Source: Antedon mediterranea
Taxonomy: Eukaryota > Animalia > Echinodermata
DNA: 64,000 bases
Assembly (NCBI RefSeq): GCF_964355755.1
Contig: NC_092676.1
Span: forward strand, 9,215,888-9,279,887
Direction of reading: 5' to 3'
Shown: piece after piece, positions 1 to 13,500 of the stretch
How positions within the stretch are numbered: position 1 is the stretch's first letter
Layout: every line of letters starts with the position of its first letter
Program-made: the position numbers and the translations under genes
The notes under the pieces: generated by a model
Told to the model about the DNA's origin: nothing
The model's database searches: none
The model's input: the letters and a program-made list of their open reading frames with translations, nothing else

Positions 1-219
1 AATCAATATTAATTGATTTAAAGGAGGTTTGCGCAGCTTTTTTTGGAGGTTTGCGCTGTGAAATCAGTAATTTTCCCAAAAATTGAAGTTTTTCACCCAA
101 AAAAAGTCAAACTTAAAGGAATTTTATATTTTTTCCCCATAAATTGTCTCCCTATATAGGTCTAGTTGTGTTTTAATCAATATTAATTTTTTTGTTGTTT
201 GCGCAGTTTAGCAATACCC
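1..219. mobile_element. Right part of the TIR element (MITE-like) seen complete at 20215-20765
   Basis: Same ~175-bp internal repeat; ends in gcaataccc followed by aacttttt. Confidence 0.7.
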
Positions 220-870
220 AACTTTTTAGGTAGTTCAAATTCAGGTTCACTTGCAATATTCTGTAAACTAAGAATTTGTTGCTCAAGAGACCAGTTTCTT
301 TCACTCATTTCTTTAAAAGCTTTACTAAGGTGAACAAAATTTGAATGGATTTCTTGAATTAGTGTAGCTGTTGTTTTAATTCAGAAACTTTCTCATCAGT
401 TTGCTTTATTTTCAGCTTTAGTGATGGGATCTGGTCCCATTATTTAGGTGTTTGAGTTGAACAATCAATTGCTTTCACAAACTCAGAGGATTTACAATTC
501 TGACTGTAATCGTTGAGTGTTATTTCTTCAATTAACGGCGCTGTTCCAATATTTAGCTCGTCTTTTTTTATTTCCTTTCATAATCATAGCTTAATTTTCT
601 GAATAGATCAATATTATCAGGAGTCGATGTTTCAAATGCAAGCCTATCAAAATGACTTCTAAGTTCATCATATGCAAAGCCATAAAAGCTAGAGTTTGTT
701 GTATCTAGAATGCTTGGAGCTTTTATATGACCATAGCTAGGCCACTGGTTTTCCATTGTTAGCTTTGTTTGAAATTGGGCGGAAAAAGCTTGTGTACTTA
801 CTTGAACAATAGAAAGCTGGTGTATCAATTGTTCTTGCTTGAGCCTAAGATCCTCAACATGAAAAAACAC
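220..870 (-). pseudogene. Degenerate coiled-coil-like ORF, probably LINE ORF1 remnant (also in the other 896-bp units and at 20085-21416)
   Basis: The 100-aa ORF continues through stops and frameshifts into heptad-like LKLKIKQTDEKVSELKQQL and LSKAFKEMSERNWSLEQQILSLQ. In copy 2, removing the MITE extends it to SNTFDVL (NRFxxL-like) and then into a LINE ORF2 tail on the same strand. Confidence 0.45.
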
Positions 871-3185
871 TTAATATCCTGCTTATAATATTGACTTTGA
901 CAATAAAAATTACATCTCCGTGTTGAGAAAATAACAGTTTAGACAATTTATCAGTCACTAGGTGGTAGAAAGTTGAAAACTATTTTATGGAGAAGATTTT
1001 TCAATAGCTTTTTTCAAGAGCTTCTTGGCTTGGCTAAGTCGAAACTGGTTTTAATTAATTAATTTTATCCTAAAAAAGTACAAGATTGCCCATATATTAT
1101 TAGGCTATCTAGGACCAGGTTCTTTCTATGAATATAGGCTAGGCTATATTTATATGTAACTCGGCGTTTACGCCAAAAAAACATGAGCCTGGTTTTTATT
1201 TAGTAGGCCTAGCCTAGTCGACAACATCATTCCCGCACTTTCATCGTTCATTTTATAAGTTGTCCGTCCTAAATAAGGGCCTAGCTAGGCTTACCTAGCC
1301 CATTAAGCCTAGCCTAAATTGTAGTCATCAGAAAGAGCACTAATAAAAAAAACAGATGCACAATAAGTAATCACAAACTCAGAGGATTTACAATTCCGAC
1401 TGTAATCGTTGAGTGTTATTTTTTCAATTAACGGCGCTGTTTCAATATTTAGCTCGTCTTTTTTTATTTCCTTTCATAATCATAGCTTAATTTTCTGAAT
1501 AGATCAATATTATCAGGAGTCGATGTTTCAAATGCAAGCCTATCAAAATGACTTCTAAGTTCATCATATGCAAAGCCATAAAAGCTAGAGTTTGTTATAT
1601 CTAGAATGCTTGGAGCTTTTATATGACCATAGCTAGGCCACTGGTTTTCCATTGTTAGCTTTGTTTGAAATTGGGCGGAAAAAGCTTGTGTACTTACTTG
1701 AACAATAGAAAGCTGGTGTATCAATTGTTCTTGCTTGAGCCTAAGATCCTCAACATGAAAAAACACTTAATATCCTGCTTATAATATTGACTTTGACAAT
1801 AAAAATTACATCTCCATGTTGAGAAAACAACAGTTTAGACAATTTATCAGTCACTAGGTGGTAGAAAGTTGAAAACTATTTTATGGAGAAGATTTTTCAA
1901 TAGCTTTTTTCAAGAGCTTCTTGGCTTGGCTAAGTCGAAACTGGTTTTAATTAATTAATTTTATCCTAAAAAAGTACAAGATTGCCCATATATTATTAGG
2001 CTATCTAGGACCAGGTTCTTTCTATGAATATAGGCTAGGCTATATTTATATGTAACTCGGCGTTTACGCCAAAAAAACATGAGCCTGGTTTTTATTTAGT
2101 AGGCCTAGCCTAGTCGACAACATCATTCCCGCACTTTCATCGTTCATTTTATAAGTTGTCCGTCCTAAATAAGGGCCTAGCTAGGCTTACCTAGCCCATT
2201 AAGCCTAGCCTAAATTGTAGTCATCAGAAAGAGCACTAATAAAAAAAACAGATGCACAATAAGTAATCACAAACTCAGAGGATTTACAATTCTGACTGTA
2301 ATCGTTGAGTGTTATTTCTTCAATTAACGGCGCTGTTTCAATATTTAGCTTGTCTGTTTTTATTTCCTTTCATAATCATAGCTTAATTTTCTGAATAGAT
2401 CAATATTATCAAGAGTCGATGTTTCAAATGCAAGCCTATCAAAATGACTTCTAAGTTCATCATATGCAAAGCCATAAAAGCTAGAGTTTGTTATATCTAG
2501 AATGCTTGGAGCTTGTATATGACCATAGCTAGGCCACTGGTATTCCATTGTTAGCTTTGTTTGAAATTTGGCGGAAAAAGCTTGTGTACTAATACTTGAA
2601 CAATAGAAAGCTGGTGTATCAATTGTTCTTGCTTGAGCCTAAGATCCTCAACATGAAAAAACACTTAATATCCCGCTTATAATATTGACTTTGACAATAA
2701 AAATTACATCTCCATGTTGAGAAAACAACAGTTTAGACAATTTATCAGTCACTAGCTGGTAGAAAGTTGAAAACTAATTTATAGAGAAGATTTTTCAATA
2801 GCTTTTTTCAAGAGCTTCTTGGCTTGGCTAAGACTGTCGAAACTGGTTTTAATTAATTAATTTTATCCTAAAAAAGTACAAGATTGCCCATATATTATAG
2901 GCTATCTAGGACCAGGTTCTTTCTATAAATATATGCTAGGCTATATTTATATGTAACTCGGCGTTTACGTCAAAAAAACATGAGCCTGGTTTTTATTTAG
3001 TAGGCCTAGCCTAGTCGACAACATCATTCCCGCACTTCCATCGTTCATTTTATAAGTAGTCCGTTCTAAATAAAAGGGCCTACCCTAGGCCTAGCTAGCT
3101 AGGCTTACCTGCCCATTAGGCCTAGCCTAAATTGTAGTCATCAGAAAGAGCACTAATCAAAAAACAGATACACAATAAGTAATCA
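475..3185 (+). repeat. 896-bp tandem repeat, 3 units
   Basis: Units start with tcacaaactcagagg at 475, 1371 and 2267. Repeated ORFs are offset by exactly 896 bp (568, 1464, 2360). Confidence 0.95.
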
Positions 3186-3234
3186 ATGATATATCAATAT
3201 TTTAACACACAAACAGAAAATGAAACCAACTTAC

Positions 3235-3420
3235 AGTATGTTTAGAACGGGGCTAAGCTTGCAAACAAATACTGTGTAGGCTAGGCCTACTACTCTCTCC
3301 GCGAGCGTAAACATCATTTAATCCACATGTGTTCGGTCATAGAGAAAAGTTTACTTTCTATTGACTATGCATGGTTCGGTACGGTCTGATGATTTTGAAG
3401 AGCGCCACCAATAATTTAGT
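3235..3420 (-). promoter_or_regulatory. Candidate non-coding first exon and promoter of a PFAS copy lying left of the window
   Basis: Minus-strand donor GTAAGT (plus acttac 3229-3234) with locally CpG-richer sequence. Duplicate of 38893-39065. Inference only. Confidence 0.3.
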
Positions 3421-6400
3421 AAGTGAGTCAAAAGGTTGATACGAAGAATTAATAATGTCATTGAATGATATAATAATTGCATAATAATAAAGTAATACTA
3501 ATTATAATCGAATGAAGAAATGATACATTTATTCTATAATATCATTCGTAATAAAAAAAATTTACACAATTACGATTATTGACTCATTTAAAATCATGAA
3601 CGATGCGAGTTGCGAACCTTTCAATTGATTTGATTAAAAATGACTATAGGAGGCTCCAAATATCTACGAAATATGTTATCCGAGATACAGAACAAAGAAT
3701 TTGTAAACCAATTGAATATTTTTAATGACAGTAAATATGAAAATGTGTGTGTTTATTAGAGTGTGCATATCCATTCAACAGTATCGACTGTAAACATCGT
3801 GAGGTGGTTTCCACATTCGTATGATCAAACGGTACAGGGTATGATCAACTAGCGTTCGTGTTCCCACCTATAATCATCCATTCATAGAAGTACTGATGAA
3901 GATATCAATCTGTGGCAACAATAGAATGGACCCGAGACCTGGCTATCTTCGACTTTTAAATGATAGAAAGTTTTGAAAATTTTGTTTCTAGAAATGTACG
4001 TTGTATGATGTATAGGCCTATGTTTATTAAAAAATTGTTGTAGTTTTCTAAATTACATTGTACAAGTTGCGAAGAGGAAACTGTTATTTGATCGTAAGTT
4101 AACGTGTACATAAAGCAAAACTATCCATCCATAGGGTCATTTATCTTTTGCTAATTAATCTCCTCTTGCTTGATTGCACTCAAGCAACAATACTACCATT
4201 GTAATAGCACAATGGAAGATTAAAAGATAAACTAAATCACACAGTACAGTCTAAATACTAAAACAACTAAAACAATTCAATACAAAACTTAATTTAAAGG
4301 TATTAGATCAGGCATCAAGTCTGCCCAAAATAATGATAAAAGTATGCACATCACTCACCTAAAATAGAGAGCCAATATCCTCATTGAGTGCATGGAGGTA
4401 TACCTCCATGTTGAGTGTAATAAAAATAACTTCAAAACTTTAAGTGTACAAACTGTACAACGTGTAAATATCACAATCTTCTTTAGCTTGAATTGTACTT
4501 TAAACTTAGTACTCTTTTAGTATACCGTATATAATATATATATATATGTCTTTCAGTACTTTCAAATAGGTTCTCGAACTCAACGTTGTTCGAAATGTAA
4601 AAGTATATAAAGTTGAAATTTAATTAAAGTTGGAGTGTCCAGCACGTCCGATGGCAAGAGGCAAAGAGAAAGAAATCTCCCAAAACATACCCTAATGTCA
4701 TCCAAAATTGTCAAACAAGGTTTACCCCTATTGGTCCATTCTTGTTACTAGGCAAAACTCAAGAGGGGTAAATTGACCGATTGGTCAATTCCCAAATTTA
4801 GGACCTCCCATTTAAATAGATAAACATGTAAGAAGATTAAAACAGAACAAAGAGAATTCTTAAAAGGATTAATTAACAAAATGATTAAAACATATGCAGT
4901 TCCAAGGAAAAGCAATATAATGCAAACATCTTAATGCTATATTGATAAACAATCTTGCCCACCCACTGCACCCAGCTGCATTACATTGTAGGTACATTGG
5001 AAAATAATAAAAAGTAAAGGAAAAGAAAACATGTCTAAAACATGACAGGGTTACATCCTCCCCTAACTTAAATTGCTACCTTCGGGAGCAAAAACACAAA
5101 ATATCAAACATTACAAGTAGAGTCACCAGTCAAAGTGGAAAAAAAAAAAGGATTAAAATCGTATCTGTTTAATTTATCTTGGTGAACAGGAAGTGTGATA
5201 TAAACTCATTCTGCCTGGACACAATTTCAGTAATATTCACAATAACTTTTTCGTTATTAAGTTGATTGCTATAGTCTTGAATTTTTTGAAGAATTATTAT
5301 AGATTTTTTTGCAACAAAATCTTTCCAGTAGTTCAAAAGTTATGATAAAATATCTAATTTTTCTGAGATATCCTTGTGGCTATTCTAATTATTACACACA
5401 CCCCACTGCTCAAATGCATGTTGGCTATTCCAAACTTGCTGGCTAGTCTGAAGATAGTACAGTTGGTAGGGATTCTCATAGAGATATTTTCACTATAATA
5501 TATCTATGGCATTCTCAATGTGTACACATAAGTAATTAAATAATTCCTTGCTGTTGGAAGTTTATTTTTAATATCAATAAAGTAAATAACAAAATAAAGA
5601 ATTAGCTATAATTATAACACATTTAAAATGAATGCCTTTTATAATTAGTTACCTAAAGTAACTTTACTCCACTTTTTTTTACATATAATATAATAATTTA
5701 TTTGGAAGCTACACTTTTGAAACAGTGGCACACTTCTTGAATGAAGGTGCATCCAGAGTAAGTAAAATAAATAAATATTATTTAACAATAGGCCTATTAG
5801 TACAAGAGTCAACTTATTTGACAAAAGAACGCATTTCAATTAGTCAATTTACATGTTGAAAAATAATCAAAATATTCATTAAGTACCTAAATATAATTAC
5901 AATTTTCACTTTAATGTGTTTTTATTATTCTGTGCCTGCTAATTTTTTAGATAGACAATATAATGAACAAAGAACAGAATCCAATAAACATTAAAGGAAA
6001 TGAACTAGGCCTACAGACCTATTGTTAATTTGTAGAGTCCTATGAAAAGAAATTTGAAGAACAAAAGGCATAATGGGTGGAAACCATTATACAGAATATA
6101 ATAGATGATATCAGTAATGTGTAAATGTACTGGTGGTGTAAAGAAAAGGTAAAACAAAAAGAGATATCTTTTGATTTGTTAAATCTAGGCCAGTAGGTAG
6201 GTAGGTCTGTTACCATGTTTGTTTAAAACAATCAGGACAGACGATGGACTCGGACAGCCAGGCCCATAAATAAAATAGGGAGAGGCTTAGGCCATTCCTA
6301 GACATAACCGCAAAATAATCAATTAAACTCTTAAAATCAATCTAACCCCAATAAACTGAACTTAAATAATCTTTTCTATATCAGTAAAATCGTGCGTGAA

Positions 6401-7155
6401 CTATAGTCAAAACCCGCTAAAAACTCGGGCCTGTCGCGTTGGGCCCAATGTTGGTAGCAGGCTACTTATCCATGTGTGTATTATCGTTTACATTTTCGTT
6501 GGAGATTTTCAGTGTAGTTTTGAAAAGAAATGATGTTAGTCTTATACTAATACTAAATTAATTAGATTATTTTACGGAAAATATATTTTTATTAAAATTA
6601 TAATTTTAATCGCAGAAAATAAATTTTGGAGAGTTTAACATAAATAAAAAGCCTGATTGATAACAAAATAATTGCATCACCTTTTATTTTAACCCTGTGA
6701 AATGCGATTGTGTTTTGAAACTATAGGGTGGGTGTTTTCCAATGTTATTTTTAGTGCGCATATTTTGCTCACCACCGGCATCTGTGCTTATTTTTGAAAT
6801 ACTTAATAATAGATAAAATACATTTTAATATATAATAATATAAAATATATATTATATAATATAATTTTATTTATATGAATTTTATTGCGTATTTATTTTA
6901 AAATATGCAAATATGCCTCAATTATTAGTGACAAAGGACAAGGAAGCCCGGGTCAAAAACATATTCACACGTCGTCCACGATAAACACATTTTAAATTTA
7001 AAACAAAACATAGTAATTATTGTAATTTTGAATTGGTATAGGTCACATCTTTAAAATATAAGTTTCCTAATAATTATCTTCTAATGATCATGAATTATTA
7101 TTAAAATAAAATATACATGTCACATGTCGCCCTGCCAAACTAAACTTTATGAAAG

Positions 7156-7372
7156 GAGCTTTGCGTTGCGTGTGTAAACTCTCCAGAGTCAGGAGAGTTA
7201 GCCTGCTAAACTTTACATTGGAAGAATAGGGATGGAGCTTTGCGTCCGCAAACTCTCCAGAGTCACGAGAGAGTTAGCCTGCTAAACTTTACATTGGGAG
7301 AATAGGAAATAGAGCTTTGCGTCCGCAAACTCTCCGGAGTCACGAGAGAGAGTTAGCCTGCTAAACTTTACC
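7156..7372 (+). repeat. ~78-bp tandem repeat, 3 units (2 units at 46269-46410)
   Basis: gagctttgcg...aaactctcc(a/g)gagtca...gagttagcctgctaaactttac recurs at about 7156, 7234 and 7311. Confidence 0.85.
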
Positions 7373-7609
7373 GGAAGAAAGGCGATTGTTTCGCCTGAAC
7401 GGTTTTCTATTCAAAGCATACAGGCAAGCATTGCACTGGTAGGTGGGGGGAAGACAACAGATAGAACAGCATTCGTGTTCTAAGATCTTGGCTCTTTAAG
7501 GAAATTAAATATACTTTTCTTACTTTCAAAATACGTTATATTTGATGGATTTTTACAAATCAAGGATAAATTTGTATGTTTTAAATACTTCTAAACACAT
7601 TTATCTTGT

Positions 7610-8950
7610 TTAAAGTGATGAAATATGTTTCTGAAAAAAGTTAGGATATGCTGTAAAAACTTGTAGTAGGCCTACACATGTTATCAGGGATGGGTTCAAC
7701 AGACTGTGAAAGTTCAGTAATAGTAGGTTCAACAATAGGTTCAATAATGGGTTCAATATTAGGTTCAATAATAGGAGTATCATTAGGTAAATCAATAATG
7801 GGACTTGGAAGAATCTCGGTATCTTCAAAACAAAGTTGAGAAACAGACACAGGCTCAGGGCAAGGTTGGAGGGATCATGGTGCGGAATCTAAACAAGATT
7901 GCGGGATGAGTAGAGGTTCAGAACAAGATTGCGGGATGAGTAGAGGTTCAGCACAAGCCACAGGAGAATCAAGAATAGTGACAGAAAGTTTAGGACTGGG
8001 TACAGATGATACTGGGGAGTCAACTACAGCTGGCTCTACATCTGTTGCAACTTCACTTGCTTCTTTAACATCAAACTCACAAAAACTGACGTGACTACAG
8101 ACTCGATGCTCTCGTCAAAGAACGCATTTACAGGACTACTATCAGTGGAAACATTTCCAGCACTAATATGAGATATATAGCAGGAGTAGTTTCATGGACA
8201 AATTCTTGGGCATCTACATTCAGCGGAAAATGGGGTGAAATGGACGAAACTGTAAACGTTTCTACAGGGAGTGTGACTGAGAAGTCTAATGAGACTAGCA
8301 TTGTAACCTCCTTCTCACTGGATTCACCACTGTCATCATGCTCGCTCTCAGTGACATGAACTTTTGCCTTAGACCGCGTGTAATAGGGCGGTTTATCTTC
8401 TGTTTAGTAGGTTTTGCTGGTGGATCTTCTTTGTTTAAATAGTCGATGGGCAGAAGTATGTTTCGATGTAGTGTTCGTAGGCCTACTCGACCACTATTTG
8501 ATTCTGGCTTCACACGGAGTCCCACTGGTCAGCGAGTTTGTGTTTACCCTGTAGTCCCAGATTTCGAATCAACACTCGATCACCTGGATGAAGATCATTG
8601 ACTCGTACTTTCAAATCATGTCGAACTTTGTTCTTGCGTGCTGACTTCGCTGCCTCTTCAGATGCCATTTGATAGGCAAGCGATAGTTGGTCTCTCAGAT
8701 CGTTGACGTACTTTATGGGGTCAGCGTTACCAAATCCATCTGGGCTAATTCCAAACCGTAAGTCAACAGGAAGTCTCGCCTCTCGTCCGAACATCAGAAA
8801 ATAAGGTGAGAAACCTGTACTGTCATGCTTCATACAGTTGTAAGCATGAACCAAAGCACTGATATAGCGACTCCAGCTTTCCTTCTTTTCGCCTTCGAGT
8901 GTATACCTAACATATTCATTAAAGTTCGATTAAAGCGTTCAGGTTGTGCT
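7610..8950 (-). mobile_element. Ty3/Gypsy LTR retrotransposon remnant (integrase core C-terminus and low-complexity tail)
   Basis: Translation ERFNRTL...WSRYISALVHAYNCMKHDSTGFSPYFLMFGREARLPVDL...PGDRVLIRN...HKLADQW...RTLHRNILLP is typical Gypsy integrase with GPY/F-region sequence. Frameshifted and 5'-truncated at about 8950. Confidence 0.9.
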
Positions 8951-8954
8951 AGAT

Positions 8955-9830
8955 TAAACTCACTCACTCTCTTAACTATCTTTTAACTTCCCAGAGACGA
9001 GAAGTGTTTACACCTACTTGTTCATTCCTTGCAAGACATGCTTCCTGATGATGTCATCATCATGTCAACCCAATCACGTGTGTCCTCCGCAAGTAAAAAC
9101 GCACTTGATGAACTAGAAAAGGAAATAACTACAAAACTTAAAATTCTAACCGCTCACAAATTTGATTACAAAGTGGAAAAAGTGAAAGATGATAAAGAAA
9201 AAAAAACAAAATCTGTAGAAGAGTGGAGGAAAGAGTTTAGACAAGACAAGAATATTTCTTACAAAAAACGCTGCTTGCTTATTTTTATTGCTAAGGTCAA
9301 GTCTGGGGGGTCACTTCATCAAGCCTAGATACTTATCCTTTTACAAAAAAAAACTTCAATGGACTGTTTTGATAATAATTCAATGATTATCTGACAGTGA
9401 ATTATAGTACCCATGTAATATCATGGGACTCATAAATACCAGAAATGCTTTGGGATTTGTTATTAGACTCTTTTCCCAGCCGTTTTTTTGGATTCAATAC
9501 CTATAAATTATAGTCGAGTTTCCATTTTAACAAAAATGTCAAAGTGTAGTATTATACTGCTGCTTGATTTCATCTAATGAATGAGTTATCTCGTATGACG
9601 TAGCGGGCTAGAGCAGCAGCGTGAAAAAACTTAAAGAAGTGGAATCTTAATAAAAGTGATTGTTGCAAAAAGTGTTGTATAGAAATAGAAAGTGAAAAAC
9701 ATATGTTGTACACCTGTAACAGCATTCAATCAGATTTGAGGAAGTTCCGTAAACTGATCGGTTAAATGTATTCCGACTAATGAAACATTACGGTCAGGTT
9801 TCCCCGAGTGGTAAGACATAATTATAGGAA
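8955..9830 (+). mobile_element. Degenerate non-LTR retrotransposon 3' fragment (L1/Tx1-like ORF2 C-terminus); duplicated at about 47990-48860
   Basis: About 9628-9720 translates LKKWNLNKSDCCKKCCIEIESEKHMLYTC, a CxxC-x-H-x4-C zinc knuckle of the zf-RVT type. Flanking frames are broken. Confidence 0.5.
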
Positions 9831-9861
9831 CTCAGAACACGCTTGTTAATGAACTCATCTC

Positions 9862-9867
9862 TTTATT
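9862..9867 (-). terminator. Candidate PFAS polyadenylation signal AATAAA
   Basis: tttatt on the plus strand about 650 bp past the stop, at the edge of an AT-rich UTR-like tract next to transposon sequence. Confidence 0.3.
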
Positions 9868-10514
9868 TACATTTAGTATTTACAAATCTTGCATTATTTA
9901 TAAAACAAGCAAACGGATTATCACTTGGAATTTATTTAAGATAGAACTATTTAAAAAAATTTAATTAATAAAAGCAATATTATGTTCAAAATGTAAAACT
10001 ATACAATTTTATAAAAGTACCCAAACAAAACATAATCTTATAATGCAATATACCATTTTATCATATTTATTTATATTATATCGAAACTCTTTTTAATACT
10101 GAATATCAATCTTTATATCGTTTTAGCTCTGTAATATAAATTTTCTCTGTATACATGTTTGTTTTATCTAGACTTCAACACAATTTCAAAATATTTTACA
10201 TAATCTTCCTCTGTCTGCGTAATATCACTTAAATATTCATTGATAAATAGATAGATAGACAGACATATATACTGTAACCTTCACCATATTGTTGTTTATC
10301 ATTGCAATAAAAGTGGGTTGCCCCCACAAAAGAGAAAAAAAATATATATTGCTGAAATTAAGCCTCAATAAATAATATTGTTGAGAAGAGGAACACATTT
10401 ATACAGTATATAATTATATCCCATTTTCATGCATAAAGCAATAGTATCTGCCTCTGAAGCACCACCAACAAGATATTATTTTTTTAAAATATATCCCATG
10501 TATAAGCAATATTA

Positions 10515-13500
10515 TTATCTATCTGCCTCCGACGTCTCCAAGCACCATGAACAAGCATTTTGGAACATCTTCATCCACGGTGACGCTTGTAATGTCTCCC
10601 GCCAATCTTGCGGCATCCATGGCCATTGCCACGTCAAAGTTGTACGCTCTGGATGAGGCATGATCGCCAGATGACGGCCATCTGCGGAGCAAATTGCCGC
10701 TACGCCATTGGGTGAGCCATTGGGGTTCAACGGGTATTCAGTTGTCACTTCTCCTTTGTCATCGACAAAGCGCACTGGTGCAAGATTTTCAGACAGAACT
10801 GTGTCTTTTGTTTCTTTGTTAGAAAACTTCATGTGCCCTAGAGAGAAACAATTTGAGTTGAGTAAATTTAATAACATTTTTAGTTAAATTAAAATATAAG
10901 TTTGTACTAAGCATCCATCATTATCAAGAGGTATCAATATCTAACCTTCTCCATGCTGTGTCCAGACACCAAGCACAGAGCCTTCCATTCCTTTCAGCAT
11001 TAAAGCAGGGCTTTCATTAATCTTTACAGCAACAAAACGAGACTCAAAACGCTCGGAAAGATTATGAGCAAGATGGACTCCTTGCTGAGCTGATGCTGCG
11101 TCTAAAAGACAATAACAAATAATTCATAATAAACAGTCTGTCAACAAATGGATATCAAAAAGTAGTTCATATTTTCTTTTTACTTGTCAAAGAGGCATTA
11201 CATGCTTTACACCGGTGTCCTACTACCACTACACTACTTACTAAATATACCTCATGATACCTTACCTGTAGTAAGCTCCTTGGTGACATCTGGAGCAACC
11301 CAGCCTAGCAGGCCCATTAGTTGGCAGCCATTGCATACACCCAGTGAGAAAGTGTCTTTCCTTGCTCTAAATGCATCAAACTGAGCACGCACAGCTGGGT
11401 TGAACAAAATAGTTGCTGCCCAACCTAAAATGATTAATAAACATTATTTAAATAAACTAGAATAAATATTTATTTAGGTTACTATCTGTCTAATACTAGT
11501 ATAATACTTGGTTACTGCTCCCGCATGTATTTTTGCTATGCTACAAAAAGTGCAATCAGAAAAGTATACCTTTTGCAGAACCACAAACGTCTGCAAAACT
11601 GAAGCCACCAACAAAAACTACTCCACGGAATTGATCGAGGGTGACTTTCCCGCAAGCTAAATCTTGCATATTGACGTCCCATGTTTCAAAGCCAGCCATG
11701 TGTAGTGTTGAACTCATCTCTCGATCTCCATTACTGCCTTCCTCACGGATCACAGCAACCTTTGGTTTCATTCCATCTATGGAAGGCCAATTATGATTAT
11801 GTATATGGTAACTAATGAGCCAAATTTAACTCGTATTACTTTAACAAATTAAAATTCAGAACAAGATAATCAATATTCCAAAATTGGTTCTAACCTTTAG
11901 AGCATCCCTTTTTAACAGAATTCAAATTTGTTGCAACAGGGTCAAAGGTTAATTTAAATGGTGGTGCTGTTCTATTTGCTAAATTGCGTTGCTCCACTTC
12001 AACACACTCTGGATTTGCTTGTAGTTTTTCCAGTTGAAAACTAGTCTCTTCCCACACGTCTCTAAGAACAGTCATCTTTTCATTCAAGACTTCTTTCTCA
12101 TTTACCGAGATGACAACCTATAATTTACATGTAAAATATTCAGATTCATTCTAAAAACCATCATAAATGATAAATGATCGTAAATAAATGTTCAAATATT
12201 GCTTCCATTTAAAAAAAACAAAAACTTACCATTGACCCTTGACCTGATCCACTAGAGTGACCAATTAGAGAACAAAGGACATTATTGTCACTGAACTGTC
12301 TACAAATGTCCTCACTAGCATTAGCTGTTACTTCTAACACCAGCCCTACTTCTTCAGCAAACAGAATATCAATTGCAGTTACTGAAAATAAATATATAAA
12401 GTCTTACAATGTATTATTGCTTACCAGAGGTTCTGGAACTATATGAAAGATTAAAATGACACTTTACAGATCCATTCGAGGCATTTATAGAGATAGCATA
12501 ATGCTTACCATCAGGTTCGGAAAGTTTGACGTCAATACCACAATTCCCAGAAAACGCCATTTCTAATAATGTTGTTACAATACCGCCATCACTAATATCA
12601 TGACCAGCTGATATTTTTCTATCTACAAAAGGATACAAAAGACAAAGTTGAATTCATATCTCTAAAGCTCTGTCTACACTATCAAACTTTATGTGATGTG
12701 ATATGTCCATATATGGACATGATATCATATCACTACCATTTTTGGGAATTTCACTACCCTATTTAGGCGCATCACATTTTTTTGTCAAACTAGTTTGATA
12801 GTGTAGACAGCGCTTTATATTATAACTACAAGTAAATGAATTTATTGTAAACGTCTAATTAATAAGTCTATGAAAATGACTACCTTTGATAAGATTTTGC
12901 GTTGTGTTGAAAGCCCTTACAAACGTTTCCGGTTCATCGAGATCAGGCGAGGATTGTCCGAGTTGATTATAGCACTGAGCGAGGGCACTACCACCTAACC
13001 GGTTATGCCTTTTACCAAATGAAACCCAGAGCAAAGTCCCTGAAATAGAATATGTAAAGTCTTGTTTATAAATATATTATATTTTTTGTTTGTTTAGGTA
13101 GTTAATTTAATTGTACCTAACAAAATGTGCAATGTTATATTCACTTTACCTTTACTGTCTGGACATTTAAGGTCAGGGGTCACAGTTGCAGTAATATCTG
13201 GGCATGCCACATACACAGACACAACCAATGCACCTAAAAAATTGTAATTGATATTTCATTATTAGTAAGTAAATGGAGTAAAGAAGTGTATTAGTGTATT
13301 CAAGCTTAACTTATTAAAATAATTCACAATATTGTACATCAGACTCTATACTAGTTATTAACAAGCATGAAATGTCTAACCTGGAGCTTTGATCGTTTCA
13401 GAGCCTATCCTGGCAGCCATACTCAAAGAGTCCTTCCCACCATCCACAGCAACACCCAACTTGCCCATCACCTCGCACATAGCCTCGCATGCATCATACA

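Larger units (their letters stand above)
1..10357 (+). repeat. Segmental direct repeat, copy 1 (left end outside window)
   Basis: Position 1 aligns to 20535. Sequence is colinear and near-identical to 20535-49390 once the insertions in copy 2 are removed. Identity stops after ...atattgctgaaa at 10357 versus 49390. Confidence 0.95.

Noticed and set aside
568-870. Novel 100-aa gene family (5 copies)
   Set aside because: The copies are created by the 896-bp tandem repeat, some are frameshifted, and the sequence looks like part of a decayed retrotransposon ORF.
4930-5005. PHD-like fragment MYLQCNAAGCSGW on the minus strand
   Set aside because: Too short and lacks the remaining Cys/His ligands; cannot be supported as a gene.
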